Assembly: GCA_946055125.1 (NCBI GenBank)
Contig: CAMGFF010000001.1
Span: 1-24,282 of the forward strand
Length of the DNA: 24,282 nt
Source: an uncultured Prevotellaceae bacterium
GTDB taxonomy: Bacteria; Bacteroidota; Bacteroidia; Bacteroidales; Muribaculaceae
Reading direction: 5' to 3'
Shown here: piece after piece, positions 16,691 through 24,282 of the stretch
Numbering within the stretch: position 1 is the stretch's first letter
Layout: the number at the start of each line of letters is the position of its first letter
The notes under the pieces: generated by a model
Database searches by the model: none
Told to the model about the DNA's origin: nothing
The model's input: only the letters and a program-made list of their open reading frames with translations
Program-made: the position numbers and the translations under genes

Positions 16691-16799
16691 TGGTAAACAA
16701 GTGGCACGCCTTGATTGTTTTGCTTTAAGATGACTGCAAATAGCAGTGTGTGTTAAGAATGTAAACAACTAAATAAAACTCTTATATTAAACGTTTATT

Positions 16800-18488
16800 A
16801 TGAACAGTAAATTAACATTTGCCATTCTCCTCGGTGGAGCATTGGTATTTACCAGCTGTGGTAAGAAACTCACAGAGATCGGTGCAGAATACTTCACTGT
16901 GAACCCCAACCCCCTCGAAGTGGTGGGAGACAAGGTTCCTGCTACCGTAACAGCTCAGATTCCCCAAAAATTCTTCGTGAAAAACGCAGAGGTAACCGTA
17001 ACTCCCTACCTCGTGTATGGCGACAAGGAAACCGCATCGGCACCCTACACCGTGCAGGGTGAGAAGGTTAAGGGCAACAACCAGGTGATTAACTATGAGA
17101 ACGGCGGAACAGTGACTTTCCCCGTGATGTATGCCTACACTCCCGAAATGGCGAAGAGCGAGCTTATGCTCGACTTCCAGGTGAAGCAGGGCAGCAAGAG
17201 CTACACACTGCCGCGCGTGAAGGTGGCCGATGGCGTTATCGCCACAGCTACTATCGCTACCGCCGCCACTGTGGAGCCGGCTCCGTCGACCGACAACTTC
17301 CAGCACGTAATCAACGAGCAGTACACTGCAAATATCCGCTTCCTCATCAACCAGACCAACGTGCGCAAGAGCGAGCTTGGCTCGGATGAGCTTGCAGCAC
17401 TGAAGCAGCGCCTTGCCGAGGCTCAGAATGATGCAAAGCTCGAGGTTGAGGGCATCAACATCGCATCCTACGCATCGCCCGATGGTGGTGTGAAGCTCAA
17501 CACTCGCATCGCCGAAGGCCGCGAGAAGAACACCCAGAAGTATCTCAATGAGACACTCAAGAAGGACAAAATCAAGGAGTTTGGCGAGCTTACAGCCGAC
17601 TTCACTCCGCAAGACTGGGAGGGCTTCCAGGAGCTCGTTGCAGCAAGCAACATCCAGGACAAGGACCTCATCATCAGCGTCCTCTCTATGTATAAGGACC
17701 CCGAGCAGCGCGAGCGTGAAATCCGCAACCTCTCGGCCGTGTTTGACCAGCTTGCCGAGGAAATCCTTCCGCAGCTCCGCAAGTCGCGCATCACAGCTTC
17801 GTTCAACGTAATCGGCAAGACCGATGAGGAGCTCAAGGCTGCATTTGAGGCCGACCCCGCATCGCTCTCAGTAGAGGAGCTCCTCTACACCGCCACTCTC
17901 ACCGACGATGCAGCAAAGCGCGAGGCTATCTACAAGGCTTGCATCAAGCGCAACGCCAGCGACTACCGCGGCTACAACAACCTCGGTATGGTGCAGTTTA
18001 CCAACGGCGACTATGCCGCTGCCAAGAGCAACTTTGAGAAGGCTCAGAAGCTCGCTCCCACAAGCAATGAGGTGAAGATGAACCTCGGCCTCTGCGAGCT
18101 CATGGACAACAACCTGCGCAACGCCAACAACAACTTCGGCGCAGCAGCCGGAGCCGACGGCCTCGATGAGGCACTTGGCGTGTACTACCTCAAGCTCGGC
18201 GACTACGACAACGCCGTGAAGGCTTTCGGTGAGTCGAAGAGCAACAACGCCGCTCTCGCCCAGATTATGAAGAACGACTACAGCAAGGCCAAGAACACTC
18301 TTAGCGCCGTTGCACAGCCCGATGCCACTACTTACTACCTCCTCGCCGTTGTAGGCGCCCGCACCAACAACGAGCAGATGGTACTGAGCAACCTTGCCCA
18401 GTCGGTTAAGCTCGACAAGGCAATGGCCGACAAGGCATCGACCGACATGGAGTTTGCCAAGTTCAACATCTCCAGCGTAGTTATGTAA
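16800..18488 (+). CDS. Bacteroidales TPR-repeat lipoprotein with an OmpA-like central domain
   Basis: Lipobox FTS-C-GKK; OmpA_C-like IASYASPDGGVKLNTRIAEGR; TPRs (YNNLGMVQFTNGDYAAAKSNFEKA; LGVYYLKLGDYDNAVKAF). Confidence 0.85.
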   Translation: MNSKLTFAILLGGALVFTSCGKKLTEIGAEYFTVNPNPLEVVGDKVPATVTAQIPQKFFVKNAEVTVTPYLVYGDKETASAPYTVQGEKVKGNNQVINYENGGTVTFPVMYAYTPEMAKSELMLDFQVKQGSKSYTLPRVKVADGVIATATIATAATVEPAPSTDNFQHVINEQYTANIRFLINQTNVRKSELGSDELAALKQRLAEAQNDAKLEVEGINIASYASPDGGVKLNTRIAEGREKNTQKYLNETLKKDKIKEFGELTADFTPQDWEGFQELVAASNIQDKDLIISVLSMYKDPEQREREIRNLSAVFDQLAEEILPQLRKSRITASFNVIGKTDEELKAAFEADPASLSVEELLYTATLTDDAAKREAIYKACIKRNASDYRGYNNLGMVQFTNGDYAAAKSNFEKAQKLAPTSNEVKMNLGLCELMDNNLRNANNNFGAAAGADGLDEALGVYYLKLGDYDNAVKAFGESKSNNAALAQIMKNDYSKAKNTLSAVAQPDATTYYLLAVVGARTNNEQMVLSNLAQSVKLDKAMADKASTDMEFAKFNISSVVM

Positions 18489-18511
18489 TTTCAAGTTGCC
18501 ATAACATAATT

Positions 18512-18549
18512 GAGGCTGTGCCACCCCGTGGCGCAGCCTCTTTCGTTTT
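18512..18549 (+). terminator. Intrinsic terminator of the TPR lipoprotein gene
   Basis: 13-bp stem GAGGCTGTGCCAC / GTGGCGCAGCCTC (one G-U pair), 3-nt loop, followed by TTTCGTTTT. Confidence 0.85.
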
Positions 18550-18559
18550 ATCCCCTTTC

Positions 18560-18699
18560 ATAGTGACGCACCGGGGTGCGTTTCAGTCCGTAAGCAGCCG
18601 AAGCCGGCTGGTGTGTCGCCCTGCCCCCGGCTGAGCGTGAGGCTGTACAAAATTCGGCTTGATGATATTCTCATATAGGGACGCACGCCCTGGTGCGTC
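18560..18699. repeat. Two related REP-like hairpins in the convergent intergenic region
   Basis: ATAG-T-GACGCAC-CGGG-GTGCGTT (18560-18582) and ATAG-G-GACGCAC-GCCCTG-GTGCGTC (18675-18699), same orientation. Confidence 0.55.
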
Positions 18700-18838
18700 A
18701 GCGTTACCGCCTCACAATCAGGTGATTGTTTTCCCATTTTGGCACACCCTCTTATTTCGGATGCTTTCAATGATACGTCGTTGCATGGTCGCCCCGATAA
18801 TTGAATCCACTTTTTCGGTGGCTTTCCGAGGATGAGAG

Positions 18839-19873
18839 TTACACGATGAAGATGCCGTGGCGGCGGCACTCTTCCACTTGCTCGTCGGGCCATATGCTGG
18901 CCTGGACCTCACCGATGTGGGCTTTCTGCAGGAGGAACATGCACAGGCGGCTCTGTCCTATTCCGCCACCTATGGAGTAAGGCAGCTCGCCGGCAAGCAG
19001 AGCCTTGTGGAAACTGAGCTGTGTGCGCTCGGTGCAGCCGCGCATCTCAAGCTGGCGCATGAGCGATTCCTCGCTCACGCGAATACCCATCGACGAGAGT
19101 TCGAAAGGACATTCCAGGATAGAGTCCCACAGGATAAGGTCGCCATTCAGTCCCTGGTAACCATCGCTGTTGGAGGTAATCCAGTCGTCGTAGTCAGGGG
19201 CTCGGCCGTCGTGAGGCTCGCCGTTGCTGAGCGGTGCGCCTATTCCAATGAGGAATATCGCGCCATACTTGCGAGCCGCCTCGGCCTCGCGTTCCTTGGG
19301 AGACAAGTGAGGATAGGCTTTAAGCAGCTCCTCGGCGTGAATGAACTTCACCTTCTCGGGCAGCCGCGGCGTGATGTGGGGGAAACGCTCATAGATCATC
19401 CACTCCGTTTCGCGCAGGGCCGAGTAGATTTTCTTCACCGTGTGCTTCAGGTAGGAGAGAGTGCGGTCGTCGGCGGTGATAGTCTGCTCCCAGTCCCACT
19501 GGTCGACATAGAGCGAGTGGAGGTTGTCGAGGTCCTCCGAGGAGCGAATAGCGTTCATGTCGGTGTAGAGCCCATATCCGGGGGCAATTCCATATGCTCC
19601 CAGCTTCATGCGCTTCCACTTGGCGAGGGAGTGCACCACCTCGGCGCGGCGGTTGCCCATGCAGGCAATGTCGAAAGCCACAGCGTGCTCCACGCCGTTG
19701 AGGTCGTCGTTGATACCGGTGCCTGAGAGCACGAAAAGCGGCGCGGTGACGCGGCGCAGGTTGAGCGCCCTGCCGAGCTTTTCCTGAAAGGTGTCCTTGA
19801 TGGCCTTGATAGCCACCTCGGTGGTCTCGGGCAGGAGCTTTTGCTTATACTTTTTAGGAATTATAAGTGCCAT
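18839..19873 (-). CDS. asnA: Aspartate--ammonia ligase (asparagine synthetase A)
   Basis: VHSLAKWKR, GLYTDMNAIR, YVDQWDWE, RAPDYDDW, ELSSMGIRV, SIGGGIGQSR. Confidence 0.98.
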   Translation of the reverse strand: MALIIPKKYKQKLLPETTEVAIKAIKDTFQEKLGRALNLRRVTAPLFVLSGTGINDDLNGVEHAVAFDIACMGNRRAEVVHSLAKWKRMKLGAYGIAPGYGLYTDMNAIRSSEDLDNLHSLYVDQWDWEQTITADDRTLSYLKHTVKKIYSALRETEWMIYERFPHITPRLPEKVKFIHAEELLKAYPHLSPKEREAEAARKYGAIFLIGIGAPLSNGEPHDGRAPDYDDWITSNSDGYQGLNGDLILWDSILECPFELSSMGIRVSEESLMRQLEMRGCTERTQLSFHKALLAGELPYSIGGGIGQSRLCMFLLQKAHIGEVQASIWPDEQVEECRRHGIFIV

Positions 19874-19902
19874 ATTTTTTCTTCAATTTCATTTTGTAAC
19901 GA

Positions 19903-19933
19903 CAAAAGTACAACAAATTTCGGTAATTCCAAG
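19903..19933 (-). promoter_or_regulatory. Promoter for asnA
   Basis: Minus strand CTTG (19933-19930), 19-bp spacer, TACTTTTG (19910-19903), 30 bp upstream of the ATG. Confidence 0.75.
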
Positions 19934-19994
19934 CATTGCGCTTGCATTTTGCCTATTTTTTCTTTCATTTTATCACACAAACCGCTGCACTATC

Positions 19995-20027
19995 TTTAGG
20001 TTTTCACAAAAATAATACCTAAATTTG
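19995..20027 (+). promoter_or_regulatory. Promoter for the porin gene, divergent from asnA
   Basis: TTTA (19995-19998), 21-bp spacer, TAAATTTG (20020-20027). Confidence 0.6.
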
Positions 20028-20081
20028 CCGGCTGAAAACGTATTTTATAGTCAACTAAACACAACGTTTCAGGCAACCACA

Positions 20082-21158
20082 ATGTTAACAAAACTGAGAT
20101 ATATCATCCTTTTGCCTGCAGTGGCAGCGAGCAGCATGGCCATGGCGCAACAAACTGATGCCTCCTTGCTCGACTCCATCAACGCCCGGCTCAGCAAGGT
20201 AGAGGCTACGCAGACACAACTCAGGCGCACCACGCTTCTCCCCACGGTGAGTGGATATGCACAGGTGGGCTACAACTACAACGAGGATATCGCCTCGGAG
20301 TTCTACGTGAAATGCGCCCGCTTCGACGTGAAGGGCAACATAGGCACGAAAATCGACTACCGGATGCTCTTCGACATCTACAAATTCAAGTGCTTCGACG
20401 TGCGCCTCTCCTATAAGCCCCTCAGGCAGCTCCACATCACGGCGGGCTACTTCAAGGTGCCTTTCACCATAGGCGCGGGGCGAGGGCCGCTCACCGAGGA
20501 ATTTATCGACTATCCCCTCGCCATACGCCGCCTCACGGGCTACACCGACGTGTGTGGCATCACCGGCGGCACGGCACGCGACATAGGCGTGAGCCTGAGC
20601 GGCACGCTGTGGCAGCACCGTGGCGTGAATGTGCTCAGCTATGCCGTGGGCGTGTTTAATGGCAACAGCAGCAACGCCAAGGACGACAACACCAGCAAGG
20701 ACGTGGCGGCAAAGCTCTCGGTGCGCCCCATCAAGGAGCTTGAAATCTCGGCGAGCGCCTACATGGGCGAGTATGGCCCGAAATACCTCAAGCGAAACCG
20801 CTGGAGCGCCGGCATGGAATATGCAGGCAGCCTCATTCTTGCCCGCGCCGAATACATAGGCGGCAGCACCGGCGCCATCTCGGCAACCGACGGCTCGCGT
20901 GGCACCTTTCACAGCGACGGCTACTATGCCCAGATAGGCGTGAAGACCCCATGCCGGCTCACACCACTAATTCGCTACGACACCGTTGTGGCCGACACAC
21001 GCACCGATATGACCGAGAGCATAGCCAGCGCCGGCGCACTGTGGCAGCCCATGAAGCACCTGCGCCTGCAGGGCTTCTACTCGCGCTACTTCTACCGCAA
21101 CACGCCGGGCAACACCGACCACAACCAGATGCACATCGTCATTACCGCCCTATTTTAG
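20082..21158 (+). CDS. OprO/OprP-like outer-membrane porin
   Basis: Start at ATG 20082 with signal peptide (SSMAMA|Q); short coiled coil (LDSINARLSKVE); amphipathic beta strands (ARFDVKG, GYFKVPFT, RDIGVSLSG, GVFNG, DGYYAQ, RYD); C-terminal F. Confidence 0.8.
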   Translation: MLTKLRYIILLPAVAASSMAMAQQTDASLLDSINARLSKVEATQTQLRRTTLLPTVSGYAQVGYNYNEDIASEFYVKCARFDVKGNIGTKIDYRMLFDIYKFKCFDVRLSYKPLRQLHITAGYFKVPFTIGAGRGPLTEEFIDYPLAIRRLTGYTDVCGITGGTARDIGVSLSGTLWQHRGVNVLSYAVGVFNGNSSNAKDDNTSKDVAAKLSVRPIKELEISASAYMGEYGPKYLKRNRWSAGMEYAGSLILARAEYIGGSTGAISATDGSRGTFHSDGYYAQIGVKTPCRLTPLIRYDTVVADTRTDMTESIASAGALWQPMKHLRLQGFYSRYFYRNTPGNTDHNQMHIVITALF

Positions 21159-21194
21159 TTATATTCCGACCAATGTAGTTTGCCCGATTTTTTG

Positions 21195-21202
21195 TAATTT
21201 TG
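21195..21202 (+). promoter_or_regulatory. -7 promoter box for the PCMD gene
   Basis: TAATTTTG about 50 bp upstream of ATG 21255; no clear -33 box. Confidence 0.5.
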
Positions 21203-21254
21203 CAGCATAAAAATCACACGCGCACGATAAGTGCGCCAAATTAAAGGCGAAATA

Positions 21255-22208
21255 ATGAGGACAAGACTATTTTTTATGGCTGCAACAGTGGCCTGCTGCG
21301 CAGCATCGCCGGCAGCCGACAAAATTAAGTATGGCGACATGAACTCCTGGGTCACCCGCACCATCAAGGAGTCGGCCGTGCTTGGCGGCAACACAAAGAC
21401 ACTATATGAAATAGGCCCCGGCCAGACTATCGACGGCGCCAAGCCCTACACCAACCTCGGCGGCTCGCCGTGGGCCACATCTAATGTGTATGCCAAGGTG
21501 ATGGGCGTGGTGAAGTGCAGCAATGCCGTGTACCCCGACACACGCTCAGGCAGCGACCGCTGCGCCAAGCTCACCACGGTGCTCGAGCACGTTAAGGCAC
21601 TGGGAATGATAAATATGGACGTGCTGGTGTCGGGCAGCATCTTCCTCGGGCAGATTTTTGAGCCAATCTCAAGCACCAAGAACCCCTATGGCAAGATGGA
21701 GATGGGCGTGCCATTCACCAAGCGCCCCAAGTATCTATCCTTCGACTATCGCGTGAGCGTTCCGGCCAATGGCAAGGTGATTTACTCCAGCGGCTTCGGC
21801 TCGCAAAAAGTGCTTGCCGGCAAAGACCAGGCCGAGGTGTACATACTGCTGCAGCGCCGCTGGGAGGACGCAAAGGGCAATATCCACGCCAAGCGCGTGG
21901 GCACCGGCCGTGAGCGCTATGGCAGCACCACCCAGGGGTGGGTCAACGGGCACAAAATCCCCATTTGGTATGGCGACATCACCAAGCACTCCGGCTACCA
22001 CTCCTACATGGGGCTAATTCCACGCGAGAGCAGCTGCTACGCCCGCAACAGCAAGGGCAAGCTCGTGCCTGTGATTGAGGAGGGCTGGGACAACGCCAAT
22101 GCCACCCCCACCCACATGATGCTCATGGCATCGTCGGGCTGCGGCGTGGCCTACACCGGCATGGTGGGAATGACCTTGTGGGTCGACAACTTTGAGCTAA
22201 TCTACTGA
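21255..22208 (+). CDS. PCMD (putative carbohydrate metabolism domain) secreted protein
   Basis: Signal peptide from ATG 21255; IKYGDMNSWVTR, SPWATSN, VSGSIFLG, MGVPFTKRPKYL, PTHMMLMASS, TLWVDNFELIY. Confidence 0.75.
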   Translation: MRTRLFFMAATVACCAASPAADKIKYGDMNSWVTRTIKESAVLGGNTKTLYEIGPGQTIDGAKPYTNLGGSPWATSNVYAKVMGVVKCSNAVYPDTRSGSDRCAKLTTVLEHVKALGMINMDVLVSGSIFLGQIFEPISSTKNPYGKMEMGVPFTKRPKYLSFDYRVSVPANGKVIYSSGFGSQKVLAGKDQAEVYILLQRRWEDAKGNIHAKRVGTGRERYGSTTQGWVNGHKIPIWYGDITKHSGYHSYMGLIPRESSCYARNSKGKLVPVIEEGWDNANATPTHMMLMASSGCGVAYTGMVGMTLWVDNFELIY

Positions 22209-22277
22209 CACCAAGAGCATAATCCTAAAAAATCATCACACACTAATATATAAGATTCCCCTTTCGGGCGTAATATC

Positions 22278-22314
22278 AAGGCCGGCGGCTTCAACGAGTC
22301 GCCGGCCTTTCTTC
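22278..22314 (+). terminator. Intrinsic terminator downstream of the PCMD gene
   Basis: 13-bp stem AAGGCCGGCGGCT / AGTCGCCGGCCTT with a 6-nt loop, followed by TCTTC. Confidence 0.7.
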
Positions 22315-22315
22315 A

Positions 22316-22558
22316 TCACCTCAGCCGGCAGCCATTTCCCCTCAACCCTGACGGTGCGCACGCGGCCAAGGCCTCGATGACATTCTTTAACGCGTCAATT
22401 GCCTGCTCCACATCGCCATGGGTCGTATAGTCGAGGTAAGCATGCTCGGCATCCTTTCCCTACGTGGGCATCAGGGTCAATGTGCCTGACTGCAGCGATC
22501 TCGCCTTGTATTCCTCCATTGTGTACACTTCCATTTCGTGGTCGAAGACGCGGAGCAT
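22316..22558 (-). pseudogene. Small ORF remnant interrupted by an in-frame TAG
   Basis: Manual translation: MLRVFDHEMEVYTMEEYKARSLQSGTLTLMPT*GKDAEHAYLDYTTHGDVEQAIDALKNVIEALAACAPSGLRGNGCRLR*. TAG at 22462-22460; protein-like composition on both sides of the stop. Confidence 0.35.
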
Positions 22559-22624
22559 ACAGTATTCCGACTCATTGCTGCTGTTCGTTTTTATTGCAGG
22601 TGCCGTGATTTTTTGTGCTTTTTT

Positions 22625-22656
22625 CTTGGCAGTGTGCCTCTATTGCATTAATTTTG
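22625..22656 (+). promoter_or_regulatory. Promoter for the GH31 gene
   Basis: CTTG (22625-22628), 20-bp spacer, TAATTTTG (22649-22656). Confidence 0.65.
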
Positions 22657-22788
22657 CAGTAACCATTAAAACGACATCTTTTCGCACTTAGTAGCTCCTC
22701 GCCGGCTCAGTGGCCGGCGGGAATGGCTTTATTTTCATCAACCGGAATTATTTTTTTATTAACTATCAACTTTTTCAACTAATCTATT

Positions 22789-24282
22789 ATGCGAAAAAAT
22801 GCAATTCTCACTCTCCTCATTGCCTTGCTGGCCACGTTCAGCATCTCGGCCGAGGTGAACAACATTGCCTACAGCGACAGCCAGGTGCGATTCACCGTGA
22901 TTGCCGATGGCGCAATCAGGCTGGAGTATGCCCCCGACGGGCAGTTTACCGACAACAAATCGTTTATGGCCGTCGACCGCGAGTATGACCCGGTGGATTT
23001 CAAGGTGAAGCGCGGCTCGTGGATCGAAATCACCACCCCGGTGCTCAAGCTCCGCTACAAGAAGGGCTCGGGCGAGTTTACCGAGAAGAACCTCATCATC
23101 ACTTCGGCCTCGAAGAAGAAAGGCACTTTCCAGTTTACCTGGAAGCCCGGAATGAAGCAGAAAGCCAACCTCAAGGGCACCTTCCGCACTCTCGACGGAT
23201 ATGACGGCGACGTGCGCACCTTCGACACCCCCGAGGGCAAGAAGGGCGAGCACATGGAGATTGAGGACGGCGTGATTGCCCGCGACGGCTGGACTCTCAT
23301 CGACGACTCCAGGAGCCTCCTCTTCGACGGCGACCCCAAGTGGGAGTGGGTCACCGAGCGCAAGAGCGCCGATGGGCAGGACTGGTATTTCCTTGCCTAT
23401 GGCACCGACTATAAGCGTGCCTTGAAGGACTACACCCGCTTTGCCGGAAAGATGCCTCTGCCGCCGCGCTACGCCTTCGGCTACTGGTGGTCGCGCTACT
23501 GGCTCTACTCCGACAAGGAGCTGCGCAACCTCGCCCGCGACCTGCGCAACTATGGTTTCCCACTCGATGTGCTGGTAATCGACATGGACTGGCACTACAC
23601 CGAGAAGGACCGCGGCGGCTGGACCGGCTGGACCTGGAACAGCGAGCTTTTCCCCAACTATCGCCGCCTGCTCAAGGACCTCAACGACGACCACCTGAAA
23701 ATAACCCTCAACCTGCACCCCGCCGACGGCGTGGACTGGTATGAGGAGAAATACTCCGAGGTGGCCCGCGCAATGGGCGTGGACCCGGCCTCGAAGCAGC
23801 GCATTGAGTGGCTCGGCAGCGACAAGAAGTTCATGACCACCATGTTCGACAAAATCCTCAACCCCATGATGGCCGACGGTGTCGACTTCTGGTGGCTCGA
23901 CTGGCAGCAGCACATCTTCGACCGCAAGCTCACCACGCTCAAGAACACCTGGTGGACCAGCCGCTGCTTCTTCACCAACATGCAGCAGTACACCGACAAG
24001 CGCCCCATGATTTATCACCGCTGGAGCGGACTGGGCAACCACCGCTACCAGGTGGGATTCTCGGGCGACGCTATTATCTCCTGGAAATCGCTCGACTTCC
24101 AGCCCTACTTCAACCACACCGCCTCCAATGTGCTCTATGGCTACTGGAGCCACGACCTGGGCGGGCACATGGGCGGAATCGACCGCGTCGACCCAGAGAT
24201 GTACACCCGCTGGATGCAGTTTGGCGCCATGAGCCCCATTATGCGCACACACTCCACCAAGAACATCAAGCTCAAGAAGGAG
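22789..24282 (+). CDS. Glycoside hydrolase family 31 (alpha-glucosidase type), 3'-truncated by the window; absent from the ORF track
   Basis: Open frame from ATG 22789 to the window end: MRKNAILTLLIALLATFSISA signal peptide, PLPPRYAFGYWWSRY, LDVLVIDMDWH, LNLHP, GVDFWWLDWQQ (nucleophile Asp codon 23899-23901), FSGD (acid/base Asp codon 24067-24069), WSHDLGGH, PIMRTH. Confidence 0.95.
   Translation, partial: MRKNAILTLLIALLATFSISAEVNNIAYSDSQVRFTVIADGAIRLEYAPDGQFTDNKSFMAVDREYDPVDFKVKRGSWIEITTPVLKLRYKKGSGEFTEKNLIITSASKKKGTFQFTWKPGMKQKANLKGTFRTLDGYDGDVRTFDTPEGKKGEHMEIEDGVIARDGWTLIDDSRSLLFDGDPKWEWVTERKSADGQDWYFLAYGTDYKRALKDYTRFAGKMPLPPRYAFGYWWSRYWLYSDKELRNLARDLRNYGFPLDVLVIDMDWHYTEKDRGGWTGWTWNSELFPNYRRLLKDLNDDHLKITLNLHPADGVDWYEEKYSEVARAMGVDPASKQRIEWLGSDKKFMTTMFDKILNPMMADGVDFWWLDWQQHIFDRKLTTLKNTWWTSRCFFTNMQQYTDKRPMIYHRWSGLGNHRYQVGFSGDAIISWKSLDFQPYFNHTASNVLYGYWSHDLGGHMGGIDRVDPEMYTRWMQFGAMSPIMRTHSTKNIKLKKE

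Noticed and set aside
16459-16707. 82-aa ORF with repeated EMPPIFCKDRANRAQNRQVCLSGFA
   Set aside because: It is just the translation of the 75-bp (25-codon) tandem repeat; no independent coding evidence.
16702-16718. Sigma54 promoter for the TPR gene
   Set aside because: The -24 box is perfect but there is no GC at the required GG-N10 position; kept only as part of the inverted 9-mer observation.
18583-18610. SRP (4.5S) RNA-like or group II intron-like sequence
   Set aside because: CAGTCCGTAAGCAGC lacks the paired GGA and symmetric loop of SRP domain IV, and there is no group II domain V or reverse transcriptase.
18558-18912. Minus-strand ORFs of 111 aa and 64 aa downstream of asnA
   Set aside because: They overlap the asnA 3' end, have no recognisable motif, and cover a palindrome-rich non-coding region.

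Overview
Chromosomal window from a GC-rich member of the Bacteroidales. Evidence for the lineage: TTTG/TAnnTTTG promoters, no Shine-Dalgarno sequences, and a SusC/SusD pair. The left 14 kb is one co-oriented polysaccharide utilization locus (PUL). In order it encodes a lipoprotein FAD-dependent oxidoreductase with an SLH-like tail, SusC, SusD, a surface lipoprotein with three Ig-like repeats, a YrpD-like beta-sandwich lipoprotein of unknown function, two GHL10/DUF187 (DigH/YddW-like) TIM-barrel glycosidases, and an HGSNAT/NagX-like (DUF5009) membrane N-acetyltransferase. This combination suggests an uncharacterised system for harvesting an amino-sugar glycan with free amines, such as de-N-acetylated peptidoglycan, chitosan or a PNAG/Pel-like polymer. 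That substrate assignment is inference. The right 10 kb is mostly core genome: tRNA-Leu(CAG), a DUF2027-Smr gene, pfkA, a TPR/OmpA-like lipoprotein, asnA, an OprO/P-like porin, a PCMD-domain protein, and a GH31 gene that runs off the window and is missing from the ORF track. Unusual non-coding elements are a 137-nt G-free PUL leader, a terminator inside the PUL, a 75-bp x 2.4 palindromic tandem repeat carrying a promoter box in each unit, paired REP-like hairpins, and a small amber-interrupted ORF. No integrase, transposase or CRISPR array is seen.
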